Under the pieces are notes generated by a model. That model worked only from the letters and a program-made list of their open reading frames with translations. It searched no databases and was not told where the DNA came from. From Balanoglossus misakiensis (Eukaryota; Animalia; Hemichordata): a stretch of 64,000 nt of DNA. The position numbers and the translations under genes were made by a program. The stretch is taken from NCBI GenBank assembly GCA_040954595.2, contig CM082580.2, positions 13,628,242 through 13,692,241 of the forward strand. Reading direction: 5' to 3'. Positions 1 to 14,200 of the stretch are shown piece after piece; the stretch's first letter is position 1; each line of letters begins with the position of its first letter.

Positions 1-8
1 AAATCTGA

Positions 9-3000
9 TTATATCGGCATTTGCAGCACCAGTGCGATAGTCGTCGCGAAAGTACAGAAAACAAAGAGAATCAGAAAAGCGCGATCGATGACCCTCGCAA
101 CCTGTTTCCATTCCTTGTGCAGTTCCTCCTCTTGGACTTGTTCGTTGTATCGCCCAACCAGCTCTTCAAGCTGCGTAGAAATCTGGCGCAATATTCTCAG
201 CACCTGTCGGTTGCTTTCCAGAAAGACACGTTCGGAGCGACTGAGATGATCGAGACAACTGTCATCGTGGAATTTGTCAGGAAAGCGATTTGGATGGCGT
301 TGTCCATTTTCTGAGGGTCTGTTCACAACGACGTCGTTCATGTTGCTGAAGATCTTCTCCAGACGAATTTCTTCTGTTTTGCTTTTGGATTTCTGTCTGC
401 TCGTCAGCAATGACACAGTCTCCACACTTCTCTCATAACCTTGCCTGTGCTTTGTCGTCTTGGCGGTAGAATAGTTCGCGTTTTCCCGCTTCTCCTGCAA
501 AAATGGTGTAGGTTCTGTTTGAATGCACAATGCCTTACCCAGCCAACCGAAGGCAAGTCGATGCAGCCATGGCGGAACTTCGTGCCATCCGGGATTTCGA
601 TGGTAGAAATTTAAAACGATCACCGTCATAGCAGTTGACACGGAAACCAATATCATTGTGATGACGTAATATTGAACTGAAATGACATAAAAAAAAAGAA
701 ACAAAAAATGCACCATTAAATTTATATATATTATACTTAAAATAGCTATATACAATTATAAAGCGAATTGTGGGTTGGTAGAAGTTGTTTGAATACTGGA
801 TGACGAATTATCAATTTTCCATGTCCATTCTTATACGATGATATTCTGAGCATTTTTTTATTTCATGAAAGAATGTAGTTACAGGGGCGGTCCTCACTGC
901 ATGTTACGCTTTACGTATTTCCCGTGACAGAAAGCCTATAATCCCGCATATTTACAGCGACTGTACAAACACACTGGTCGAACGACAGTATCAAACAAAA
1001 GTCTCCATCTTAGCTGCTGGATAGCACATAGCTACTCACGACTCTCCACATCACCGCATCTATAGTTGATTTTTAAGTCCACAATGCGCCACATGCGACC
1101 ATTATCAAAACAAAATTTAATGTAGACAGGTTTCTTGTTACCTGTGGATTATTTTGATAATCTTAAAATGCGGTGGATGAATTCTCGCGGTGTTATTATT
1201 CTGTCTCTCGGCATGGTTCGCTTGAGTCAAGCAGACCTGTTTCTGACAGCATTTGACCACCGTTGACCCTAACAGTTTGGATATACATCAAGCGTTGCAT
1301 GATTCGTAAATGTAAAATGCTAGGAATGACGTCACGACTTGCAGAACCTGTAAAAACGGGCTTACACTAACGACCGATTCACCCTCGCATGTATAATAAC
1401 CTTTCTCACATCAATTTTCGAAAGCATCTAACAAATCCTAGGAATGTTATTACATCGTAAAAAAATATTATGTATAATGAATTGGTACCAGGTGATCGAC
1501 ATGAAGCTTTTAATGGCGACACTTTCACAATCTAAAATGGCGCTGTTTTCATTGTAGACGGGTCTGATTTGTTAACTTTCTTTTTCATTGTTTATTTTAT
1601 AGAAATCTGTCGGGAAACTGTATTGGAGCTGTAAAGTCGATTCCCTGTTTTTCCAGCGACAAGCAAAGAAGTAAGTTTAATTTATAAGTAATTAAGTATG
1701 CATATGTGTGTATGTATGTGCATGCGTGCGTGTGTGCGTGTGCAAACATGCGTTGATGGATGCCTGTATCTATACCTACCTATAAGAGGTATGGTATCCG
1801 AAGTAGGAGGCATAAACTCAGACGCCAACAAGAGGAAAACAGTCAGTGATAACAAGATGGTGATGTCCAGCGTCACCTTCTCTCCAGAGTCGCACGGGAG
1901 GTAAAACCCAAGCACGGTGACGGCGAATATCAGCGCACACGGCACGATTAAATTCAACACGTAAAACAGCGGTCGCCTGTGAAGATCCAACGTGACCGTG
2001 ATCTCGGTGAACGGGGTGTGGGGGTCGTCCAGGTGGTCATAGAACGAGGTATTGCGCGAGATGTCCAGTCCATCCAGGTCCCACTCACCATTGTCAACGA
2101 AGTACGAGATGTTGCCCATGCCAACCCGCATGTCAATGAAGAATTGTGGATACTGCCAGGAGCCGAAGACCAGCGTGCACTGCTGACGGTCGAAGGGGAA
2201 CAGTCGGATGTCAATCTTGCAGAAGCTCTTCAGGATGACGGAGGCACTCCAGTCGACGTGGCCGTCATTACGGACGATCATCAGCGCTTTGTCCATGAAA
2301 TTCTCCCATCTGGTGTCGGCGCTAAAATATACACGAAAATGATCAGGACCAAATTGAAATGTTTGGTGTACAATTTGGCAATGTAAGAAATTAACTCCAA
2401 TTTCATGTTCAACTCTGGATAAATGGCGAAATGCAAGATCGTTTTTTCATGGTTAATTGATTTTTAGTTGTAGGCAACTTACTAGTAGAAACTTTTTCGA
2501 CAACATTTAAAAAAAAACATTTCCCTGAATAGATTTCGGATAGGCTATCTTTGCGTTCATAGCTAGTTACATTATCTTTTTGGATTCACAGTGCAAAAGC
2601 GATTTCGATAAATTTATATAAAAGAGCTGTCGTTTCGATTTTCACATCACCCTTACGTCATGACTCATAATGCTGACATGTGAACTGTGTAGAGATCATT
2701 ACTTATGTCTGCGACGGAATGAATAGATAACGATTTGAGATTGTTGATCGCCAGACACACGCGCGTCACAGGAATTATACATCGCTAAACCGGTCAAAAT
2801 TATTTCATCTACAGTCAATGGAAAATGTGAAACGCTAAGAAATTTCTGTTTGTCTTTCTCTCAATCGAAATCAGTCTGACAGACGGAATTATCAATCATC
2901 GTCGAAAGCCAGTGAAGGAGGATCGTTGCAAAACACATTGATGCTTGGGATGTAAATGGAACAATAGCCTCTAATGCCAATCAAATAGTTGAACCTTAGA

Positions 3001-5285
3001 CAAAGAGACAGCGAAAGAGCAATGTATCTCTCTCGCAGCAACGGCTGTGCCATCAGGAAGTTAATGCAATCAAAATCATTCCATTGGAAACATGTCTGAG
3101 ACATTTTCAGCCAATTTTCACACGTTTTCTAAATCGAAGGACGTGAAATGAATGGCCGTATAATTCAGATCATGTACATCAAGGTTTCGTCGTGTTTATT
3201 AACGCCACATGTGCTGTTGCCGATTTTGCGTTCTCATCGGCTTCAGTTCAGCTTCACATCCGGTAAGAAGGATGTCTGTTTCCACGATAAGCTGAGCTTA
3301 CTGTCCAATCAGGGAAGAGAACCTAACTCTAACTGGAGACATTTTAATAATTTTACGGCGTTACCCTTTTATGTGCGTCGGTATATCTTAGTTCCGTAAT
3401 TCGAAATTATCGTTATTCCATTTTGGGAAAAAAAGACTTTGCAGAAACGAAGTTAATTTCTCATTTAATCGGATTAGTTATTTACCAAATCATTGATATT
3501 AATTTCAGGATGTTTCTATTAATAAACTTTAAAGGCAAGCAAAGCTGAAATAGTCAACTTGGAACGTGACCACTGGACATGTCGTCTGCTTCCCGGCCAA
3601 TTTCAATTTTGTTCAGAACGACAGTACACTGCGGGGTAACACAAAACAGTTCCAAATTACATAGAAATGCAACTTCAAAGTCAATTCCTTTCATTACTTT
3701 GAACAGGCGAAATCAAATTGTGGTGCTTCGCAGCACGGATCGACGAGCAATTTGGGTCAAGACGGCACGGTTTTGATGTAGGTCGGGAAGAACACATGCG
3801 CACTCACGCTTGTGTGTCACGCCTTTCGATAACGCCCTTCTAAATTACCAATTGAAAAGACACTGCACTTTACAGCCCAGCTGAGAGATACTGCCTCGTT
3901 TGTAACACACGCTCACAGAGTGGAGAACTATCAACTTACTTGTTGTAAAGGGTGATATCTGGTAGCCATATATTTGAAGTTGGCAACCAAATATGATCAA
4001 CGCCGCCATACTTGGTAACGTTCCACTGTAAATATTCATCGATCCACCACTAAAGTAAAATAGAGAAGAAACTAGTCATTGACGATAGTTAAATGTTAGA
4101 TGTATGTATGTGTGTATTTTGGCAATATGTATGTATGTACAGTAAAACATGGAATGCTGACAAAACGTACCATAGTTATCCAGGCGTTCACTGTCATCCG
4201 CTGCTCCTTCTCATCCTGTACAACATAATACATAAAGAGATTTAACTCTTAGTGATCAGTAACTTGGTAATATATGTACCCACATTGAGTGACAGTAACC
4301 TTGTTAAGTGTTTGGGTTTTTGCAAATACGGAACTGGCATCTTAGTTATGCGTTTGAGGTTTGGGCGTGTCTTGTAACATCAGGTTTGCAATTCACGTAC
4401 CATGTTGATGATCTGGGCCGGCCAGACACTGAATTCGACCGTTGTGGTGGTGTTCATATTATACACAGGTCTTATGTAGACATTGTAAGAGGAAAACAGT
4501 TTGTCCATCAATCGACGCTGGTCTTCCGATGACAACGTCACAGTTACTGAAAGATGGAAGACATGAGATGAGATGAATGCTTCCATAACAGTTTTCTACT
4601 GCAACCTATATATTGTGAAAAAAGTTCTGACAGCTTGCACCATCCGGGACCTAAAAAAGAGGTTCCCTCACTCACTGACCATATTACTCCGCGAGGGAAT
4701 TTCAGCCGGCCAACATGCAACAGTCGCTGTCTCATTTCAAGATAAAATAGGCAGAATATTGAACACAGCGGAAGTGATGTGATATAGTACCAGAATCTGG
4801 CAGTGCGGAAACTCGCTGAAGTCGTGGTATAAGTAGGTGAGTGTGCGCGTTCTCGTGGGTTGAAAAAATCTAAAACCTCGTGGTTTTTGGATGGCCCGTC
4901 CAAAACCACACTAAGACTGGCATCAGGGTACGATTTACATTAAATGAATGCGAGATAGCCACCCAGGTGTACTGTGGAGAGGCAGCTCTGTTGTGGCGGC
5001 AATGATTGGTCAAAGCCGCTCAATGACACCTGTTATTTCAGTGAAATGCTGGGCTTCGGCATAGGTAATGAATGTGCTCTGAGATAATAGGCCAAACTAC
5101 TCTTTATTATAAATAGCAGCCAGAACGTAAGCCAATGAAAACTGAAGTCTGTACATGTATACTTAAATTCCTATAAGAGTGATGACGTCATCTGACGAAT
5201 GCATGCGCGTCAAAAATTGTCGGGGGTCAAAGAATCACACATTACCTTGAATGACTGTCAAGACAATAAATGAAATCCCCTTCAT
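9..5285 (-). CDS. Nicotinic acetylcholine receptor-family (Cys-loop, cation-type) subunit, alpha9/10-like M2 but non-alpha loop C; 6 coding exons, 516 aa
   Basis: Exons on the - strand: 5285-5246, 4546-4401, 4215-4171, 4049-3940, 2321-1780, 676-9. All junctions are GT-AG with compatible phases; total 1551 nt ending in TAA. Signal peptide MKGISFIVLTVIQVTVTLS. The 45-nt (DEKEQRMTVNAWITM) and 110-nt (WWIDEYLQW...WLPDITLYNN) exons are typical of nAChR genes. Cys-loop CKIDIRLFPFDRQQC; RRPLFYVLNLIVPC leading into M1; M2 GEKVTLDITILLSLTVFLLL; M3 YYVITMILVSVSTAMTVIVLNFYHR; M4 region EWKQVARVIDRAFLILF. Confidence 0.95.
1701..1745. repeat. Imperfect (TG)n/(TGCG)n microsatellite in nAChR intron
   Basis: catatgtgtgtatgtatgtgcatgcgtgcgtgtgtgcgtgtgc; explains the spurious THARMHIHTH tail of ORF 1682..2296. 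Confidence 0.8.
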
Positions 5286-8200
5286 GGTAGTTGACTTCTA
5301 TGCATGGATCATATAGTCCAACTCTTGTGAATTCTTTATCTGTTCATTTTCAATTCCGTACAGCCAATAACAGTCAACCTGTCAGAAACAAAATATGTTG
5401 ATAGCCAATCTTTCACGGGACAAACCCCCCCCCCCCCGCCTGATATTGTTAAAGTAATTTCAAATAATGAAATTGTTTCAAGTAGTTCCATACGGTTTCC
5501 CTGCACCTCTAGAGTGCGTCTCCAGGGTCGTGGTAACTTTGTCTACAGACCTTGACAGCATCCCAGACTCAACAAGATATACTAGATAATACTTTTGAGA
5601 CCACGCTGTAGTCGAGTACGTCGAGACTTATACAACATTTAAAGTTCATTCATTATTTACAATGACTATACTATACATGTTCAATTCTCTGCGGGAGATT
5701 GCTCAAATAACATGCATGTAACCCAATTCTGGGTGATATCATATTATTCCGTAGATGATAGAATTTTTTAATTCCCTTCTTACCTATCAGGAAATCAACT
5801 GCACGGCTACTTAACCCCCAACCCCCGTGTTTATACTCTTTAAGTGTTATTTTGTGGTTAGATGTAGCATGATTCTAAATCTACGGTATTCCGGCTTTCA
5901 CAAACGCTAATAAACGAGTAGGCCTACCTTAGTTTTCTATTAAAATTTAAAAGGGGTCGCCTGCTTGATCTGATACAAAAACACGTCTTTAGTGAAGTAA
6001 AGACGTTTTCTCTGTTGAGTCTTAATTTCCTGCTTCAAGTCCCAGATCACATGCTGGACATGTGAATTGAAAGTATTACGTAAATCGAACATAGCATTCA
6101 AGCCGTGCGAAGCGTGGAATGTTTTATTCGTCATCAGCTGAGCGAAACGACCAAACAAAGTATATACATTAGCAATTAAATTGGAACATTGACTGGAATA
6201 ATATCAAGCAAGAAGATAAACGTCGTTTCATTCTTCGGGATGATTTGAATTTAATCTCTGTAAGCGAGTATTGGGGTCAATGATAAGAATCAAAAGAATG
6301 GGGTTGCGGTGAAATTAAAGCGGAGAAACCTAAGTAATCACTGACTTGGCTTCATTTGGAAATCAAATTTCATTATAGCGTTGAAAAGGATGAGGCTGGA
6401 TATGCAGGGACCCATTTGACAATATTCTAATCGCTTCATCTATCCCCGTCTCCAATGCTTTGTAGACACCATTCTTGAAGAAAACGGGTCTTTGATGTTG
6501 AACGTGGAGATACAGGGTACTTAGAAATAAAGTACACATATATACGAAGGCTGAAGAGTAATACCCACTCGATAAAATTGTATTTCACGCACTATCACGA
6601 TCTCATTATGCTGGATGCCATGCGTGTTAACACTGTGTCTATTGCAAAATTGTAACAAATGCTTCAATTTGTTATTGAGAAAAGAGTCTAAATTGACTGC
6701 GGGTCACCTAATATGTACTATCAGAGAACTGACAACATTAACGGTCGTGTGGATTGGATTTCTCCACTTTAGTTGTAGAAACTGTCACTTTCACTTTGAT
6801 TTAATTGTGCAGGCCAAATCTTGCGTAACAAAATCACGGCGTTGATGTAAATCAGGTCTGTCCATTTAAGTGCTTATATAAGAAGGAAAAGTGCGGTAGC
6901 GATTCAATCCGATGCGTCCCAGAGTCTGATGAACTTGGGTTGTTCTTGAACGGAAACATGCTGAATTCACTGGCCATCTTAAAACAATCCTGTGTATTCT
7001 AAATCCATTAGAAAGCGATTTAAAGTCTTCGTTTCCTTCAATCAGTGACCGCGATCGGTCTCTTTAAAATTGAAATCTGATAAGTGTCTTGGGGAACGGA
7101 TACACGGCAAGGGCCAAGGCGTGCGTCATGGCTGTTCGATGGAGTTTCATAAACTCCGCTCATCCTGAGTTACCACAGTGGACAGAATCTGGGGATCTAA
7201 TTCAACAATGTCTGCCATGAATGAGTTTCATGGTTGTTATCGAATCTAATAGTTGGAAATTACAGGGACATTTATAAATCTACATACAGCATAAACCATA
7301 TGAATGAAGACTTTCCAAGACGAATAAGGTTTTCAGATAGTTCAAATTAACAGTCGTTTGTTTCCAATTTTGACTCAAATACGTCCAACTAATTACTTAG
7401 AATCAACAGGTGCCCATTTGTCCCAGATGTTTTATTTTCCATTGTCCACTTTTTGGTGAAGCTTTGTAAGAATTTGCATATTACATTCATGACAGATGTG
7501 TTTGCCAGTCACATGTCTCTGCATATTGGCGGTACATGTTGTTTACAAGTTAGTAAGTGAACAGCAACTGACTGAGTGTGTTTGACAGGCAGCTGCGCAT
7601 ATCCTACGGGCAGAACCCGTCGTTTGATATCGAATGCGCCAATCAGGCTTGAGGTCGCCGCTGTGATACCCAGAAACGTTACAGCGTTTGTGTGTGTATA
7701 TAGGTACGAGGAAGACTCGTTTACTATTGACAAGTCAATGATAGGTTGCAATTGATAGGGCATGTTCACTGAACAAAGGGATACCTGGAATCAAACGGGG
7801 CGATGATCAAATTGCACCTGACATTTAATCTGATTATTTTAAGAAAATCAGTTGTGGGTCTAAGCTTCTTTACATACGAGGTTCAGAATCTAGCTCAATG
7901 GTACCATTATCGTCGTTCTGCAGTAATTTGAATCCGATCCATATCACGAAATTTTATTCTTTCTTTCCTGCACTTCATTGACTTCCTGATTTTTAAAACT
8001 CGCCGAATGAAAATCAACTTGGGGCGGATTTATTTAATATTTCTCCGGTCGAACATTATATCGTCATACACACTGAAGGGTATATAGATAGATTTGTTTT
8101 GACGTCATGACCTCTGTCTTAGATGTGTATGCGATGTCAACGCCAAATTGAATAGATGAAGGATAAAATGCATACAGTAGTTTCATAAATGGTTTATCGT

Positions 8201-11200
8201 TAAATTGATTGTAGGGTTAACATTCCCGCGAAAGTGTCGCAACTGTCAAAGCTTATTAAACTTTCGTTTGACTTTTCAATCGGGGGCAACACGAACTCTG
8301 TTTGCTAAACTATCCTGTGTTGGGACACAGACTTCGCTCGAAACTGTCTTAAGTGTGGTAGTTCATTCACCTTCCTTTGGACGTGTTTATCTTTGACTTT
8401 ACAACTGAAATAGCACGGTGAACGTGGATTGTGCAAGAAGTCGGTCACATGCGACCATAGCCTGGCTTCACTTGACAGTTGATTGACGCGAGACACGTGA
8501 CGGGGTCGACACCGGGCCTTGCACTACATTTGAAAGGATATTTGAAATGACAAAGAGTCGTGAATAATTCACAGGAACAGGGAGAAAATTGTCGCTTATG
8601 TAAACGTTTCTTATTGCACAGAGAGACGCGCGAAGTAATAAGCTGTCCTGCGTGTAGCCAAAGAAAGGAAAAGGTCGACGAAACGATAATGGTTAACCGA
8701 CTTGCGCTTTTTATGGACATGGTACTGTTCACTGTACATTGACTTCCCTTTTGATTTTTGTCGTTTTAGTCTCCGCTCCCAAGGCGATACATGAAATAAT
8801 TAACCAAAGCGTTTCACCCATTTGTAGATGTCAAACTGATTGTTGCATAGATGTCCGTGCCGTGGAAAATTATCCGACTGTTTCCTTTCACATTCCCAGT
8901 GTCCCGGGAAAATGATTGAACGCTTATGTGGCATGAAAATGCAATTGCCGATGTTTAATGATCAGACGCCTGTTAAGAAATTGCCACAAATCTAACTGCT
9001 GCTATGGATGTCTACCGTGATTCTGATATGAATAATAATTTGGTAATTTGGCTTTGTGATGAAAGTATATTACAGTACATGTACCAGCGACAATTAAAGG
9101 AGAGATGATGCAGAACGTTTGCACAGATGGCTGCTCAGAGCTTTTTTGTCAGACGTATTTTCACTCTGCTTCTTCTACTGGCATCGTTAATGCACAGGAT
9201 GTAGCCATGATAATACGGAGTAGATAATTTTCCACTCATGGCTAGTTCTAAAGGATAATTTCGACACCAGTCTGAGATTCACTTACTCACGAAACAATTG
9301 GCTCTGTCAAGGATCTTATCTCGATGGACAAGTTTGTACACTTAGAAACGCTTACAGAGAAAAGTAGTCCAGCTTGACATTTGGACTTCTCAGGGTGTTA
9401 GGAAGCAGTGAATGATTAAAAGACGCGCACGACAAAAGCAACTAATTGCGTTTGATCTCCTGAGCGATGATTGGAAGTCTGCAAATGCATCTTGAATGCT
9501 TTTTCTCTAATTCTCCAAAACAAACCATGGAGGAAAAATAACGTAAATTGAAATAATGCGCACCAAAAATTAGCGTGGTTCTGCGCAATTTCGAAGAGTA
9601 CTGGCTTTTAATATAAATTGATAATCAGTACTCGGGAGAAAATTGCAGCTGTCCCGTCAAATGTTATGTCAACATTGATCTTTGAGTGACCTTTTCATGA
9701 TCAATCCCTGAGGTTGTTTTGTAATGAACAATGTCCAGATTGTTTTTGTAAAGACCATGCCTCGAAATATGTTATATAGACCAACCAGATCAGCTCTTGG
9801 TTGATTTTGTATAAATCGGGCGTCGAACCAAACATTCACTACAATTTGCACAAATTTTACTTAGGTCACCCTTAGGAACCTGCATACAAAATTCCAAAGC
9901 AATCGGTACCATGCTTCTCTATAGCCCATATGCAGTACTTTCTCTCAAAAGAATAACTCATTGTGTGCAGGTTCCGTGTGGCAAAATGATACATGTGGAG
10001 ATAGAAATTACCCGCCTCGCTCTGGCTGTCAGGTTTCTCTATGGCTTTTTAGAGAGAGGAAAGGACCAATTGAATAATACTTCCCCTGCTGTTTTGGATT
10101 CTCTGTTGCAGTCTGGAATTAAAGACTCTAACTTTGTTGATTTTATTTAATTTTCCAGAGAGAACCAGTCGCTTTTGGATTCGTCTTGTTGCCACAGGCG
10201 ACGCAGTGGATTCTCGACAAAATAATGCTCATAGGTAAGTGTTTTATGGTATTTGTTAGCTGATCGGAATTGTTCTTTGAAACATACTCCAGACCAGACG
10301 TGTTATTTTATACAAGCGAGGGAACACAGTGAGGGAAATTGACAGGAAAATGATGACCGCCTGGCGCTGGTAATCATTACAATCGGAAAGGGTATTTTGC
10401 AGTCACAAAAGCTTCAAAGGCCGGGCGTTGGCGTCAAACAAATTTAGAAAACTGGCTCACTTAATTATATTTTCAATTGAAAACGAATGATTGCAACAAC
10501 CAACATCCCGGGAACACGACTATACTACGCCTTACAAGAACTTGATACTAAAGATAGGTATCCCGTTCTCTAATGCAATATCGGTAAAATGGGAGAAAAA
10601 GACATGTTTGTTAGTCTGAAAGTCATTTTATCGCGAGCATTCTGTTAAATGTAAATAAGACATCTTTAATAGCCAGTTGACCTAGCCTCGCTTTCGCACA
10701 TCTGTTGCAAGGACATCCGGGTCAGCTGGTTGTCGAAGGAAGGAACAGTTTGACTGTAAGCTAGAAGTTCGTACCTGCGCACTTTGGCTGTAAACCGGAT
10801 GTTTGTACATACAGCATTTTTGCGACCGGAGGTCGGTCTTCAAATTGCTCGAAAGAGCCAAGTATTGTTGACTTTAATTCCATTGCGAAGAAGTGCCAAA
10901 GTAATCCACATGAGAAACGCGACTTCTACATGCAAAATCTAATCTGCGCGTACTCCATATGCAACAAGCACTCAGCCCGTTAAAGTTGTGTTATTACATA
11001 AATGGAAAGAGCTGTGTACACAGATTCAATTCATATAGATGGCTCTGATGTGTGACGTCATCAGCTGCAGTGTAACCCGATAATTTACGAGATGCTTCTA
11101 GGGAATTGTAACGTGTTGTGTACGTGACTCAATCGCAAGCCACAGGTCAAATAACATGTATGAAAATAAAGTTAGTTCTAAGTATAGGTGATCGATATTT

Positions 11201-14200
11201 GAAACATCGTCGTTATCATAATTTGCCAAATTATTCGGCATTTGATCTGCCTAGCTGTCTACACTTTACAATTCATTTTCATCTTGTTTATGTCGATATT
11301 TTTCACTCTTTTCAACATAATGGTTTTAATGACAGACAGCCTTAATCTATTTTAAAGGTTGAGAAATTGCAATAAAATAAGAATGTTAGAGAAATTTCAC
11401 TTGAGAGAAATCCAATAAATACGTGTCACTACTTTAGTGGTATAACTAGATACATGTCGAGGGAAGCTATAATGCAGAGTCGCTCACTTTGATGTACACG
11501 ATTACCTAAATGGATTGTCTTCGGCCCCATTGAGTTATCTCTAAGACCAGAAGGCCGCCATTTTGTGTTCATATATATGCAAATTACTGCGTTTAAAAAG
11601 CCAAGCTTTGCTTGAGCATGTTGAGTGGCATTGCAAAACGCGTCGATGTCTGTTCCCCCATGTGTTGCGTCAGAGCCATTCCGAATAAGAGCTTACTTGA
11701 CATATCCGTGATAAAGTGAACTTTCAGTTTCCTACCCGTTGATATAACATTGAACATCTGGAATTAGATCCACGAGTTCAATACACGTAGGCAGATCTTT
11801 CCAAAGGCACTTGATTGATCTCCGTAAACATCAATCTCTTGTCGCCGACAAAGATCTTAGTTTACTTCAGCTTCCAGACTTCCCTTATACTTTTCCGATT
11901 CTTAATACATTTCCACCATTAAATGTATCGATGCTAAGTTCGAAATCTGGTAATTTTGATAATCTTCGCGAAAATAAATGCAGATTTGTGTTGGGAAATT
12001 CTTGGTTCTTGTTAGTCTATGGTACATGCTGTACTCCACTTTGAGAAGCAATTGTGTAACGAACGCGATGAAGATCAAAAACCTAATCCTATATCAATTA
12101 GAATATGCTGCCAACCCCCTCCAACCGAAACCACCCTATCCGCCGTTCAAACCACAGGCTAGGCCACGATCCTCACTGTATTGTATAACATTTTCTTCAC
12201 ATACGGTATACTGTAATCGCTGTGTCTCTTAAAGCCCGGTTTCCCCGTCCATTTGCCTCGAACATTCGTTTTCACATGACCAATCCTGGTGGAAACAAAT
12301 CATTCAGCCCTCCAAATGGTGATAAGGAAATGAAATTAACATTTAGAATAACATTACCTTTTAGAAGCATTGAAAAGTTAATCAGTCCATGCTTGGTGGT
12401 ATCGGTTCTTGTGGTACAGCTATCCTTGATCTGTGATGTCTGTACGACTAGGTTCGTCTGTCTGATCTTACACGATACAAGTCTCGTTTCAAGCTCTCAA
12501 CCGTGATGATTTCTACAGCTAGAAACTCTTCCGTAGTTCCTCCCGTCAATGGATATCGTTAGCGGGGAGTTTGTCGAAATCACAGAGGTAAAGATTTCCA
12601 CGCGATTATTTGATGACAGGAAAGATTAAATCGCGAGTGCAATGTGTTCGCTCTTTTCCTCGGGGCGCGTAGCTATCCGCGCTGACGATGGAGAGCGCCG
12701 ATGCAACCAGTATGACCAAATATTCTAATATGCTGCACGAGACTATTCGGCTTCGGTGTCACGTGACTACCTCTACCATCACAAAACAAGTATAGCGCAT
12801 CCAATCCCCACGTACAAAATCTAAACAAACCTCAGCAACGCCTTTTCTTCGAACTTGAAGTGTAATCCACTGTCAAATATGAAAGCCTCCCCTCAGTGTG
12901 TCATAAAATCATAATGTGAAATTTCAAACGCCGTTGATCGCTTTATAGGCAATCTAACTTTTTTTGCGTTCATCCTACACATTACAATAACCTTTTTCAG
13001 CGTAAATACATGTCGCTTATTATTTCCGACTTGAAATAGGATTTTAATCCTTCCATACAAGCTTTAATATGGACAACACCTTTTTGTCCGTTCCTGAATT
13101 GAATTTCAAGCGCGATTCCTATTAATCCTGTGCCCGGAAGTCGTTGATTTCGACCCCCCTCCCCCCAAGAGCGTGATGTAAGTATATCACGGGATCAGTA
13201 ATTCCCAGCATGTAACATTATCCACCCCCATTTCATCCTCATCATTGCGTTTGTTTCGAGGTCGTGAATTTGTCGTGGGAGAATGATCTCGCGTAGCATT
13301 GAAATCACGAAGTTAAAAGTCATCGTAGTGGTTTCAGATGCCATCCCTAAACTGTTGCAGACAGTGAAGTAGCTATTTTAACCTTGATTTTGATTTTATA
13401 TGTAACAATATATTGCCAGGATATCTGAAGAACGAGGTGAAAATATTGATTGAACGTGAGATGCCTGTCGTCTGTTGATGTTTTTCAAATTTGCTTTATA
13501 GTATATCCATTTTTGCCCAAAAATCGATGGCAAGTTACCCAGCTTTTTTACAATGACTTTGGCACTTAAACGCCCTGCTGTCGTTGACAGGTGATTAGAC
13601 TGGACTTAGAGGCCGACATCGTCTTATGCGCATGTGCGTAATTTCGTGTTTACAGACACTGTTTACGCCCAATCCAAATGTTCTGCAAATTTTGTGTTCG
13701 ACGTTCGCTTCCTTCCATATTTTGTCCCTTCTTCGCCCACTTTGCTGTCCGATCTCCGCCACAGATTCTTTGAGTGAGAGAGTAATATTGTCTCAAATTT
13801 GTTCTAGTTTCCTTCCATGTATAGATCAGTACTAGGTTCCTTTTACAAGTAGTTCCCATTACGAGACGAAACGCGACACCTCATAATTAATATGAAATTA
13901 ATCGGATATTAGTCGCCCACAAAGCATATAGAGTGCGTCTTTTTTCGAGATCTGGTCACAGCTGAAACCCGACGCTGTCTTCCGTGTACCCGAGGTTCCA
14001 CTTCCTGTTGACATGGCAACGATCGTTGGCATGCCAACTTTGAGCCGATATTCCACGAAGCGATCCTGTTGACGAAAGAGACCTGAAAAGGCAACGAGTG
14101 AATGTGATAAGATGTGGGTTCAAAGTCATAATTCACAGGAAATAGAAAAAAGGGGTTATTTTTTTGTACCAGAAGCTGGTAAGAACGCTGTTGGATACGA

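Noticed and set aside
21-2386. Plus-strand ORFs 21..314 and 1979..2386 and other short ORFs antisense to exons
   Set aside because: Shadow ORFs of real exons on the opposite strand, with no independent evidence.
4544-4909. ORF 4544..4909 as the nAChR first exon
   Set aside because: No phase-compatible donor; the 40-nt exon 5285-5246 supplies a proper signal peptide in phase 1.
7885-7940. tRNA or SINE suggested by TAGCTCAATGGTA and TTGAATCC
   Set aside because: The B box is degenerate, spacing is short and no cloverleaf can be built.
9660-9910. Possible dispersed-repeat remnant (GGTCACC...CATACAAAATTCCAAAGCAATCGG); also GGCGGCCATTTTG-type motifs at ~11553 and ~17257
   Set aside because: They resemble motifs of common invertebrate repeats, but no termini, target duplication or second copy is visible in the window; a repeat-library search is needed.
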